In this document: positions 25,477-34,371 of the stretch, piece after piece | Layout of the letters: each line of letters starts with the position of its first letter | Numbering within the stretch: the stretch's first letter is position 1 | NCBI GenBank assembly: GCA_001769125.1 | Contig: MEOG01000096.1 | Span: 69,130 to 133,129 of the forward strand | Reading direction: 5' to 3' | DNA from: Bacteroidetes bacterium GWF2_35_48 | Lineage (GTDB): Bacteria; Bacteroidota; Bacteroidia; Bacteroidales; GWF2-35-48 | DNA length: 64,000 nucleotides | Made by a program: the position numbers and the translations under genes | Notes under the pieces: generated by a model | The model's input: the letters and a program-made list of their open reading frames with translations, nothing else | Told to the model about the DNA's origin: nothing | Database searches by the model: none

Positions 25477-28332
25477 TCATCCTCTATGACAAATTTCAGC
25501 ATACGGACAATACGTGCAGGAAGCAGCATCATCCGTTTGGGAAAAAGAAATATCTTTATTATAAATTTCTTCAAAAAGAACATTCAGGTTTGTTGTAAAT
25601 TCATCTTCGTATTTAGTGAAATCTGTAACAAAAGTTTTGTTATTTTTATCATGCAAATGGAAATCAAAATCTTCATTAAACAAATCTCGAATAAAATAAA
25701 GCGCAGGTATTGTTTTATTATTTCCGGTATCTAATTTATAGAGTAAAGAATAATAAAAAGTCTGAAAAGCAGCTTTGTTTCTTTTGGGATTATTCCTTTC
25801 AAAAAGCGCTTCAATATTCGTAAAGCCGGCATCAGGGAAAGATGTTTTGTAATCAACGATTCGGAGACCTTCCGCAATCTGATCTATTCGATCTATAATA
25901 CCATAAAGATTGATATTTTTTTTCCCTCCATTGCATAAGACAGGGAATTGCGTGTTGATTTTTTTCTCAAGTCCGATAATTGTAATGGGCGAATATTTCT
26001 TATCCTTTTCCAGTAATTGTCTGATATATTTTTTCAGCATCTCAAATGTTAAAATGCTCTTCCCTTCAATATCATCAATGGTTATTTCTTTTTCTGTTTT
26101 GAAAAAATATTTCTGAAAAGCATCAAGAATTGTCTGATCAATCAGGACAGAATTATTTCTGATTTCATCAAGATATTTTATAGAAATCAATTTCTGCTTG
26201 TTGTATAAATGTTCAGCAGTTTCATGCAACAGACTTCCAAAAAGTGCAGCATCAATATCTTCTGAAACACTCTCCTGCTCTTTTAATCCGGCAATATAAC
26301 TGAAATAAAATTTCAGACTGCATTCGATGTATGAATTCAATGCGCTGGCAGAAAAATAGCGGGGTTTTTCCGACTCAATATCTGTATAAGAATTCAAAAT
26401 ATTTAAAACATGGGCATCTTTGGGAATTACAATTTCTTTGGAATGTGCCATAGAAACAGAGTGTGCAACAACATCTTCGTTTACTTTAAAATTTGCATCA
26501 AATTTCAATTGCAAAAGAAAACGACTCATTTCACCCGATTTATCATCATCTGGATTTGTTGAATAAAGCAAATCAATAGTATCAACACGCTGCAACAACC
26601 TGTAGAAATAATAAGCATAAATAGAATCAAGGTGCTCAACAGTAGGTAATTCAAAACCCTTTCGCAGGTTGTAAGGAATAAATGACGGACTGGAGCTGCT
26701 TTTAGGCAGAATTCCTTCGTTAAGAGAAAGCAAAATTACGGAATCAAAATCGAGCGCTCTTGTTTCAAGAATTCCCATTACCTGCAATCCACGTAAAGGC
26801 TCTCCTTCAAAGGGAATACGAATATTTTTAACAATTTGCAGAATCAGTTTTATAAGAATTTTTACTCCTACTACAGTTTGCTTTGAAATAACGACATCTT
26901 TGATACGCAGCACGGATGAATATACTTTGTAAATAAGCTCCTGCTCTATGGAGGGCTCTTTTCCTGTTTTGTTCCTGCGTATGTAAACTGTCTGCAAAAC
27001 ATCAAGTAACCACGAGATCATGGCAGTGCTATCCTCAAAATGATTAAACAATTTAAACAGAAATTCATTGTTTTTAAAATCATCCCGTGAAAGAGATATT
27101 TTATTTTTCTCAACAATTGCATCAATAATATTTTGCGCCTCCTTTATGCCCGAAATGTACTGATGGTTTAATATTTTAAGAACATCTTTATGATAAAAAT
27201 ATATTTCCTCTTTTTTATTTTTTTTAGAATTCCTTTGCAAATTCAGCAGGTGTTCAATGAAACTATAAGCAGCCGTAACTTTAACAGGATAGCCCATTGT
27301 AATGTTCACATCCGAATAAGTGTCAGGAATCGAATAAAGCACAGGCAAGAGCAAGGTTTCATCAGATAGAACTATTGCTGTTTTCATCCGATCTTCTTCA
27401 GAATTATTTTGAATTTGCTGAAGTAATTTGCCGACTAACTTTGCCTGTCCCATTCCTGATGGCGCGGCAATTATTCTGATATTTTTCTTATTTGTAAGAT
27501 TATTTCTGTTAAAATTTTGAGCAGGAGAAGGAAAATTCACAAGATTTTTTCGCATAAAAAACCCTGCCTGATGGTAAGAATTGGAAATATAAAAGTCATC
27601 ATAATCCCAATAAAATTCAGCGTGTTTTGTTTTTTTAAGATGTTCAAATAAAACCGTTTCGCATTTAGTTAATGCATTGAATCCAATAAAAATATATTTA
27701 TCCGATTCAGCTAAAGATATTGTTTTTGAGATACAGGATTCCGCAACATTTCTGTATATCATTCCCTCATAAGCAATCGCATTTTCTTTCAACTTTTCGT
27801 TGAAATTTCTGTAAACATTATACAGAATACTCCAGACTGAAATAAAATCTTGTTGAAATTTCGAGTTTTTGTCAGGATCGAAAGAGCTCCAAAAGCTCTG
27901 TATTGCTTCAATCTGTTCAGGCAGCAGGTATTGAAATTCTTTCTCAATTTCTTTTACAGCAAGAAGATTTCGAAACAGGGAAGCCGCATCAACAAGGTAC
28001 TTATCCATGTCATCAAAATCATTGAGCAACATTTCGCCCCAGTAATAAAACTCATCAAAGGTTTCCTCTGTTTTTTTTTCTTTTTTATAAACCTGGTATA
28101 ATTCAAAAATCAGTGTAATATCATCTGCCTGTTGCAAGCCTGAAAACTTATACATTAATTCATTGATTGTAGTACAGGCAGGAGACCAGATGGCTGTATT
28201 GGCAGCTTGTGCAAGATATTTCTGAAAAAACAAAACAGCTCTTCGATTTGGAAAGACCATTGTAAATTGAGAAAGATTTTCTTTATGTCTCTCAAGCAGA
28301 AATTCTGCTGTTTCTAATAAGAAAGGTTTCAT
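25477..28332 (-). CDS. PD-(D/E)XK nuclease family protein, AddB-like (helicase-nuclease subunit B-like)
   Basis: ~950 aa. The C-terminal nuclease region has IDRIDQ...RIVDYKT and a terminal Cys cluster CTYCPYAEIC. The architecture is typical of Bacteroidota AddB-like proteins. The ATG at 28332 forms an ATGA overlap with the upstream gene stop. Confidence 0.75.
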   Translation of the reverse strand: MKPFLLETAEFLLERHKENLSQFTMVFPNRRAVLFFQKYLAQAANTAIWSPACTTINELMYKFSGLQQADDITLIFELYQVYKKEKKTEETFDEFYYWGEMLLNDFDDMDKYLVDAASLFRNLLAVKEIEKEFQYLLPEQIEAIQSFWSSFDPDKNSKFQQDFISVWSILYNVYRNFNEKLKENAIAYEGMIYRNVAESCISKTISLAESDKYIFIGFNALTKCETVLFEHLKKTKHAEFYWDYDDFYISNSYHQAGFFMRKNLVNFPSPAQNFNRNNLTNKKNIRIIAAPSGMGQAKLVGKLLQQIQNNSEEDRMKTAIVLSDETLLLPVLYSIPDTYSDVNITMGYPVKVTAAYSFIEHLLNLQRNSKKNKKEEIYFYHKDVLKILNHQYISGIKEAQNIIDAIVEKNKISLSRDDFKNNEFLFKLFNHFEDSTAMISWLLDVLQTVYIRRNKTGKEPSIEQELIYKVYSSVLRIKDVVISKQTVVGVKILIKLILQIVKNIRIPFEGEPLRGLQVMGILETRALDFDSVILLSLNEGILPKSSSSPSFIPYNLRKGFELPTVEHLDSIYAYYFYRLLQRVDTIDLLYSTNPDDDKSGEMSRFLLQLKFDANFKVNEDVVAHSVSMAHSKEIVIPKDAHVLNILNSYTDIESEKPRYFSASALNSYIECSLKFYFSYIAGLKEQESVSEDIDAALFGSLLHETAEHLYNKQKLISIKYLDEIRNNSVLIDQTILDAFQKYFFKTEKEITIDDIEGKSILTFEMLKKYIRQLLEKDKKYSPITIIGLEKKINTQFPVLCNGGKKNINLYGIIDRIDQIAEGLRIVDYKTSFPDAGFTNIEALFERNNPKRNKAAFQTFYYSLLYKLDTGNNKTIPALYFIRDLFNEDFDFHLHDKNNKTFVTDFTKYEDEFTTNLNVLFEEIYNKDISFSQTDDAASCTYCPYAEICHRG

Positions 28333-30437
28333 TTTAATAAATCTTTTAAAACAGGAATCCATTCTTCTTTAACAGGTACAGAAAAACCTCGTGAATTAAA
28401 AAGCAAATATTTTCCTTCTTGTACTAAAAGACACAAATTTTGTTCCTCATATTTCAAAATATTTTTACTATCATCAGGATTAATATAAATCATCTTCTCA
28501 CAATCAGCAGCAAGAATATTTCCAAACCTGTCGTATAAATTATATTTACGATCCGGAGCATTATAGAGCTTTGCCGTAAACTTTCCTTTCAGCGAATCTA
28601 TATTTGTTGATATTTTATGTATCGTATCCGCACCTCCTGTTTGAGCAAAATACAAATCATTTATTTCCCCAACCTGATCAAAATTATCAGGAATAATTAT
28701 GTTTCCTTTGTAATCGCAAATACCATATTTAGCCCCGGCAATAATTGAATCTTTATAAATAGATATTATTGTTCGCTGTTCTCCTGTTTCAGGATCAAAT
28801 ATATCAATTGTATCTATCTTTGTATAATAAACAATTCTGCCGATTTTCGTAAATTTGAAATTCTCTTTGTTTATTTGAGATACTGAAATATTTTCTGCGC
28901 TAATATGTATTTTCCCATCAAGCCCTAAATAACCATGTTTACTATCTTTTATAACTTTTATTCGGCTTGTATTTGTAGCAGAATCATCACCAGTTTCAGT
29001 ATTAATAAAATCAAAAATAAAATCTGTAAGAAACGTACCATTTGAAGTTGCCAGAGCCGATTTGTTATTATTTCGGACAACATAAAATAAAGAATCTTTG
29101 AATTTCATCTCAATAATATGATCGTATTTAACAGGGAACAGCCATTTCTCTTTAATTTTATAAAGACCATATTTGCTCCCTTTTCTTACCCATACAGATG
29201 AATTCGGTTCAACATCTGTTGTTAAATACAGATATGTACTGTCTTTTAAACTTCTTTTCTTTGTTTGTCCTTCATAATAATTATTTCGTGAATATAAGGA
29301 TATCAGGATGTCATCATAAACAGGCTCTATATAACATTCTCCGCTTACGCCAATCATTCCAAGATAACCTTCATTAAAAAAGGGATAATCAAAAATTACT
29401 TCCATTTGCTCAGACTCCCCATCATTACTATAAAAGTTTGTATATTCTTTTATTCTGTTCACTCTTTTCTTCCCTTCTTTACAAATCACATAAAAATCAA
29501 GATCACTCCCTCCTGAAAAGCGAAATTCAAGAGAAGCATCATAAGAAGGAGATACGAATCCTGAAGAAGAAATGATGAACTGCTTCCCTTCAAAATAACC
29601 TTCAAGATTTCCCTCAAAACCATAAAAAAGACTGTCAAACTGAGGTCGCACAATCCATGAGCCTCGTTTAGACATAATGCCCCAAAAATTATTTTGCTTA
29701 ACAAGAAAAGGGTGATTGAAATCGCTATAAATAGGATATTGCGTATTAAAAAAAACGCTGTCAGTTAATTTTATTGATATTGTTTTGTAATATTTGTAGT
29801 CCTCCATTTCTGTAAAATATTGCGCAACAAAAATTACATCCTGAATTTGAACAGGAGTTAATGCCTTTCCACTTCCGGTAAGAATTCCGATTTTTCCTCC
29901 TTTGAAGTACGGAAATATTTTTTTTTCAATTCGAATTTTTTCCAAGTCGTCAGACGGGTCTATGAAACTTATTGTATCAATTTTTAAAGCGTGATTCATA
30001 AGCCCCCCCTCATTAACAAAGAAATAAAGCGGCTCCATCAAAAAAGAATCTCTTGAATTTAACTGAAGAAAAGCATCAAATGTTCCTGTTAATTTACCAT
30101 CCTGATCATAAAAAATGCTTTTGCCCTCTTTGAAAAGAATTAAGGTTCTTGGCAAAATTATTACAGAGTCATAAGCTGTACTTACAATATAATTTCTGTT
30201 ATTCTGAATCAATATCCATGAACTTCCCGATTTTACAGTTGCAAATTTCCCGAAAAATTTACTTGCAGAATCATACATTGCGGGAATCAATAAATTACCT
30301 GAAATTGTGCTTTTATAGCCCCATTTACTGTTTAGTTTAACAGGTACAGGAATCGTATCTTTTTGTGCGAAAGTAAAATTTACATAGAACAATATGTTTA
30401 ACGAAAAGATAGACAAATAAATTAAAAACTTTTTCAT
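28329..30437 (-). CDS. WG-repeat-containing secreted protein
   Basis: Has a signal peptide from the ATG at 30437 (MKKFLIYLSIFSLNILFYVNFTFAQ). Carries repeated KWGY/WGI/YGL..G..IIP..YD motifs (WG/KWG repeat family). Confidence 0.8.
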   Translation of the reverse strand: MKKFLIYLSIFSLNILFYVNFTFAQKDTIPVPVKLNSKWGYKSTISGNLLIPAMYDSASKFFGKFATVKSGSSWILIQNNRNYIVSTAYDSVIILPRTLILFKEGKSIFYDQDGKLTGTFDAFLQLNSRDSFLMEPLYFFVNEGGLMNHALKIDTISFIDPSDDLEKIRIEKKIFPYFKGGKIGILTGSGKALTPVQIQDVIFVAQYFTEMEDYKYYKTISIKLTDSVFFNTQYPIYSDFNHPFLVKQNNFWGIMSKRGSWIVRPQFDSLFYGFEGNLEGYFEGKQFIISSSGFVSPSYDASLEFRFSGGSDLDFYVICKEGKKRVNRIKEYTNFYSNDGESEQMEVIFDYPFFNEGYLGMIGVSGECYIEPVYDDILISLYSRNNYYEGQTKKRSLKDSTYLYLTTDVEPNSSVWVRKGSKYGLYKIKEKWLFPVKYDHIIEMKFKDSLFYVVRNNNKSALATSNGTFLTDFIFDFINTETGDDSATNTSRIKVIKDSKHGYLGLDGKIHISAENISVSQINKENFKFTKIGRIVYYTKIDTIDIFDPETGEQRTIISIYKDSIIAGAKYGICDYKGNIIIPDNFDQVGEINDLYFAQTGGADTIHKISTNIDSLKGKFTAKLYNAPDRKYNLYDRFGNILAADCEKMIYINPDDSKNILKYEEQNLCLLVQEGKYLLFNSRGFSVPVKEEWIPVLKDLLK

Positions 30438-30514
30438 ACGATATATACGTTGATTACAAATCAAAAATAACAAAAAGCGTTTAAATTAAAAATTGAAGTT
30501 ACGAACAGAGAGGG

Positions 30515-30635
30515 AAAAATAGGAATTCGGCAGGAATACAATGGATGTTCTATAGGAATACAATTGAACATCTACCGAACAAACAATTGTACATCTACCG
30601 AGCATCTATTGTCGCACAACCGAACATCTATTGAG
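30515..30635. repeat. 11-bp-phased dyad repeat array, family D copy 1
   Basis: About 10-11 contiguous 11-bp units. They shift from TTCGGCAGGAA / TTCTATAGGAA / TACAATTGAAC to ATCTACCGAAC / CATCTATTGAG. The two halves are approximate reverse complements around the core TTCRRTAG / CTAYYGAA. Confidence 0.55.
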
Positions 30636-30655
30636 TAAACATTTTTCATTAAAAA

Positions 30656-32206
30656 TTACAACTTCTGTTTATAAAGGCACTTCCTGAAATTATATTGAGC
30701 AGGTTTGTACAAAAAATAAACATTGCCTTCGTGGACCTGAATTTTATCTACCCATGTATAATGCAGTTTACACGTTTCTCCAAGAGCTCCGGTTAGTTTA
30801 TCAATTTCGGTTACTTCGTAATGATTATTTTTAAAAAATAAAGTATAGATTTTTTTTGTAGCATTATCTATATAAACTTTACGCTTCCAGTCCGGGCTGT
30901 CCTGATAACTTATATTAACAGAGCGAATATGCTTTGCTTGATTGTTATAAATTTCAAGCAGCCCTTCACAATGATTGAAAATAAAAAGACTATCCTGTAG
31001 AAATATCATGGGAGTATATAATTGTTTCTTTTTCTCTACATCGCTTGCTGTTTCAAAACTTAAACGATCGTCTCCATCCCAATCCCCGATTTTTATATCT
31101 GCCATATTCCCACGTGCATTTTGTTGTCCCTGGGTGTTTTTCTCAAGATTTTCTTTTAATTCATTTAAGCTTATAGTATCTGTTATTTGCCTGAAAACAG
31201 AATCTTTTTTAGTTACAGGATTATAAAAGGAGAAGTCCACTGACAGCCGCGTAGGCCCATAATAATAGTAAAAAAGAAGACCTGCTTTTGTTTTTGCAAC
31301 ACAGGGTTTATGAATTTTATTAAGCCATGTTTGCTTTGCAGAAACAAATGACAAGCATTCATCTTTAAGAGTAAGCTTATAAGGTTTATAAAAAGTAATC
31401 AGATTTACATCATCAACACAATCTTTGTACATACCAACCGGAGTTCCGCCTATTTCTCTGATACACGATAATTTTAAATCTTTATTAACAAGAAGAAGAT
31501 TTGATTTTGACAGTCGTTTTTCATATACGATCAGCAAAATATTATCTTGCAGAATTTCATAATCATAAATATGAAACTCGGTATTGCCAAATGCTATCTG
31601 AGGAACCCCAAAAATATTTATTTCAGGAATATCTAAAATATTGCTTTCAAGAAAAACTGCAATTTTATTGATTTTCGATTTAGGAACAATAACAGTATCA
31701 CTTTTATACGAAATGTGTGAAATTATAAGCTTAAAATTTTCTGTATTTTTATGCACGGGCACTGTAATTCTGAATACTCCTTGCTGGTCTGTCTGCGCAC
31801 CAAAAGAAGATCCGTATACCTTTATATTAACTCCTGCCAAACTCTCATCACACGATTTATCTTTAACAATCCCGCTAATATTTATAGTCTTTAGAGCAGA
31901 GCTCAGAGGTTTCAAAATTATTTTATTATACCTTTCAATATATTCTACATCATAATTTTTAAACAAAATATCAAGAATAGCACTTACTTTTTGAGTTCTG
32001 TTGATAATAAAAACTTTTTTATCGAGTGGAATTTGCGTATTGCTGTAAGTAAAAGTAAAATTTCCCTTTGCGCTGATTTCTTTCAGATACACATCAATTG
32101 TTGCGCTATGCCTACTAACAGTAACAAGTTTATCAAGCAATACAGATTGACATAATAAATTACCTGAAACAAAAAGAAAAAAAAGAAGTGAAAGAAAATT
32201 CTTCAT
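30656..32206 (-). CDS. STN-domain + CarboxypepD_reg-like domain protein lacking plug/barrel (not a TonB-dependent transporter)
   Basis: Has a signal peptide from the ATG at 32206. The region VTVSRHSATIDVYLKEISAKGNFTFTYSN...ILDILFKNYDVEYIERYNKIILKP resembles the STN signalling domain. ISGIVKDKSCDESLAGVNIKVYG...QGVFRITV resembles CarboxypepD_reg. The remaining ~320 aa have no plug motifs, and at 516 aa the protein is too short for a 22-strand barrel. Confidence 0.7.
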   Translation of the reverse strand: MKNFLSLLFFLFVSGNLLCQSVLLDKLVTVSRHSATIDVYLKEISAKGNFTFTYSNTQIPLDKKVFIINRTQKVSAILDILFKNYDVEYIERYNKIILKPLSSALKTINISGIVKDKSCDESLAGVNIKVYGSSFGAQTDQQGVFRITVPVHKNTENFKLIISHISYKSDTVIVPKSKINKIAVFLESNILDIPEINIFGVPQIAFGNTEFHIYDYEILQDNILLIVYEKRLSKSNLLLVNKDLKLSCIREIGGTPVGMYKDCVDDVNLITFYKPYKLTLKDECLSFVSAKQTWLNKIHKPCVAKTKAGLLFYYYYGPTRLSVDFSFYNPVTKKDSVFRQITDTISLNELKENLEKNTQGQQNARGNMADIKIGDWDGDDRLSFETASDVEKKKQLYTPMIFLQDSLFIFNHCEGLLEIYNNQAKHIRSVNISYQDSPDWKRKVYIDNATKKIYTLFFKNNHYEVTEIDKLTGALGETCKLHYTWVDKIQVHEGNVYFLYKPAQYNFRKCLYKQKL

Positions 32207-32220
32207 GGGTATTGGAATTT

Positions 32221-33228
32221 TCAACAACCACCTTTGGTAATTATCACTTTATTTTCCTTTATTTGATATTCCAGATTAAGAAGTATTTGCAATTCTTCCA
32301 GAACTTCGTTCAATTCCTGATTCTGGTGCGTGCTTGTAAGGGTACAATTATGAATAGACTCAGTATTTACAAAAATTTCTCTCCCGTAGTATTTTGAAAG
32401 AATCGAAACCACATCGCTGAAATTACTGTTTACAAATTGCAAGGTCTTTGTTTTCCATGCAAGAAAATTCAGGTCTTTGTTTTTCTCAATACTTACCGAT
32501 TTGTTATTCTCATTATATAAGCCTTTTTCACCGGGATTTAATATAACCTTTGACTCTGTCTGATTAGCTTTTTCTTCTTGTTTTTCAAGGGAAACTTTTC
32601 CTGCAAGTACAATAACTTCAACGCTTTTATTTTCAGAATCAGTTTTTACGGTAAACGATGTTCCTAATACTACAGTTTTTGTATTTCCGGCATGAATAGT
32701 AAAGGGCTCTCCGTTCTGTTTCTGAACTTCAAAATAGGCTTCTCCAATTAAATAAACAACACGATTTTTAAAATCCTGATTATAGTTTAATGAACTGTTT
32801 TTATTTAGCCATACCTTACTGCTATCAGGAAGAGAATATTCAGCATTTGCATTCAGGGATGCAATGAGTTTAATATTTTCGGTGCTGTTGGTTGCATTAT
32901 CGTTATTGATATATTGGTAAATCAAGAAAGAAAAAATAAAAAGAATCACTATTGCAGCAGCAGCTTTCCATGCTAAAGTGAAATTCAAATATTTTTTTCT
33001 TTGCTTAGAAGCAAGGCGCGTTTTAAATCTGTTAACAGCAGCAGAAACATCAGGATAATAATCCGACTCATAATTACCGGAAAGATCCCATATCTGTTTA
33101 AGTTTTTTTAGCAGCGCCTCATTCTTTTTATCAGACTCAAGCCATTCAAATAATATCTGCTTCTCGGAATCAGAAATATTTCCGGAGAGATATTTTGAAG
33201 CCAGTTCCAATATTTTTTCCTCTGTCAT
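32221..33228 (-). CDS. FecR family anti-sigma factor / transmembrane sensor
   Basis: 335 aa. Has an N-terminal anti-sigma helix region, a single TM segment (AAAAIVILFIFSFLIY), a FecR domain (YFEVQKQNGEPFTIHAGNTKTVVLGTSFTV) and a C-terminal DUF4974-like region. Confidence 0.85.
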   Translation of the reverse strand: MTEEKILELASKYLSGNISDSEKQILFEWLESDKKNEALLKKLKQIWDLSGNYESDYYPDVSAAVNRFKTRLASKQRKKYLNFTLAWKAAAAIVILFIFSFLIYQYINNDNATNSTENIKLIASLNANAEYSLPDSSKVWLNKNSSLNYNQDFKNRVVYLIGEAYFEVQKQNGEPFTIHAGNTKTVVLGTSFTVKTDSENKSVEVIVLAGKVSLEKQEEKANQTESKVILNPGEKGLYNENNKSVSIEKNKDLNFLAWKTKTLQFVNSNFSDVVSILSKYYGREIFVNTESIHNCTLTSTHQNQELNEVLEELQILLNLEYQIKENKVIITKGGC

Positions 33229-33412
33229 ACTATTTATAAATTATAATGTTCTTCTTTACGAATTCTTGGTACGCAAAATGTTTTTTCATTGATTAGTCCG
33301 AAGTTGGAAGTTGCTTTGCTCTCTCGTCTTCCGACTTCCAACTCCCGCCTCTCGGTGGCTGAGCGAAATCGAAGCCCCGACCTCTTTTCCCACAATTCGC
33401 GAAACATCTTCT

Positions 33413-33973
33413 TTAATATTCTTTAACTAAATTATTTCTGAACACCCGTAGCGCCTTGGTCATCTGATTTTCTACTGTTTTAACAGAAATACTCAGATGG
33501 TCTGCAATTTGCTTATTTGTCATTTCTTCAAAGCGGCTCATTGTAAAGATGATTTTACATTTCGGCGGAAGTGATTCAATAAGACCCTGAACCTTTTCCT
33601 GCAATTTTCTGAACGACAAAGCTTCCTCTTCTCTTTCAATATTGCTGACTTCTTTCTCATAAGCCAGAGACTCATTTAACTCGCAAAGGCTAATCTTTTT
33701 CACCTTTCTTATAAAAGTCAGCGCAGCATTTAAAGCCATTCTGTTTAAATAGGCTCCTATAGATAATTCTATGTTAAGCCTGCTTTTTTTCTCCCAAAAA
33801 TTATAAAAAACATCCTGAACAATATCTTCTGAAACAATTGTATTATTTATAATACGGTTTACCCGCTTACATAATACGCCATAATAACTCGTAAACATTA
33901 GTTCCACAGCCTTGTCTTCATCTGTTTTCATTAACTGAAAAAGCTGTGTGGTTATGTCTTGTTGTTTTTGCAT
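33413..33973 (-). CDS. ECF-type RNA polymerase sigma-70 factor
   Basis: 186 aa. Region 2 (EDIVQDVFYNFWEK) and the region 4 HTH (MTNKQIADHLSISVKTVENQMTKAL) are present. Confidence 0.9.
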   Translation of the reverse strand: MQKQQDITTQLFQLMKTDEDKAVELMFTSYYGVLCKRVNRIINNTIVSEDIVQDVFYNFWEKKSRLNIELSIGAYLNRMALNAALTFIRKVKKISLCELNESLAYEKEVSNIEREEEALSFRKLQEKVQGLIESLPPKCKIIFTMSRFEEMTNKQIADHLSISVKTVENQMTKALRVFRNNLVKEY

Positions 33974-33987
33974 TAAGTTTTTTTGTT

Positions 33988-33995
33988 CAAAATTA
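33988..33995 (-). promoter_or_regulatory. -7 promoter box TAATTTTG upstream of the ECF sigma gene
   Basis: The reverse complement of CAAAATTA is TAATTTTG, 14 nt upstream of the ATG at 33973. Confidence 0.4.
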
Positions 33996-34059
33996 AAAAC
34001 AATTCCCCTTTTTCTATATAAGATGCAGAAAATAAATTTACCCCTACAAAAAATTAATG

Positions 34060-34238
34060 TTATTCGACAAAATTAGTGGAAGTTTTAAACTTGCAGATTA
34101 AAAATAAATTTGCAGGATTCAAGTTACAAGTTACAAGTTACAAGTTGTTTTTTACCTGCAACCTGCAACCTGATAGATTGAGCTTGTCGAAACCTGCAAC
34201 GACATACTAAAATTATTATCCACTAAAATATCGAATAA
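34060..34238 (+). repeat. MITE-like element, family B copy 2, with (CAAGTTA)x4 and (ACCTGCA)x2-3 heptamer arrays
   Basis: The TIRs are TTATTCGACAAAATTAGTGGA and TCCACTAAAATATCGAATAA. Heptamer arrays lie at 34120-34147 and 34154-34173. The core is GATTGAGCTTGTCGAAACC. A 10-12-bp direct repeat AAAATTAATG(TT) flanks it at 34050-34061 and 34241-34252. Confidence 0.65.
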
Positions 34239-34359
34239 TCAAAATTAATGTTGCTCGGAAATTTATCATCATTTGTTTATACCCTGAGCTTTTCAAACCT
34301 TTAACCTATCCTTAACTTTTTTTAACGACACCTTAACCTTAATCAAGGTTTTTACTGCC

Positions 34360-34367
34360 TATTTTTG
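34360..34367 (+). promoter_or_regulatory. -7 promoter box TATTTTTG upstream of 34372
   Basis: TAnnTTTG match 4 nt before the ATG, giving a near-leaderless arrangement. Confidence 0.35.
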
Positions 34368-34371
34368 CATC

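Noticed and set aside
25290-25583. 97-aa minus-strand ORF upstream of nth
   Set aside because: It overlaps the 3' end of the AddB-like gene in another frame and runs through the inverted-repeat block. Its composition looks non-coding.
25477-28332. AddB-like nuclease as part of a novel defence system
   Set aside because: This family is a housekeeping recombination/repair component in Bacteroidota. No methylase, ATPase, helicase or other defence-type partner is adjacent. Only the unusual coupling to the WG-repeat gene is reported.
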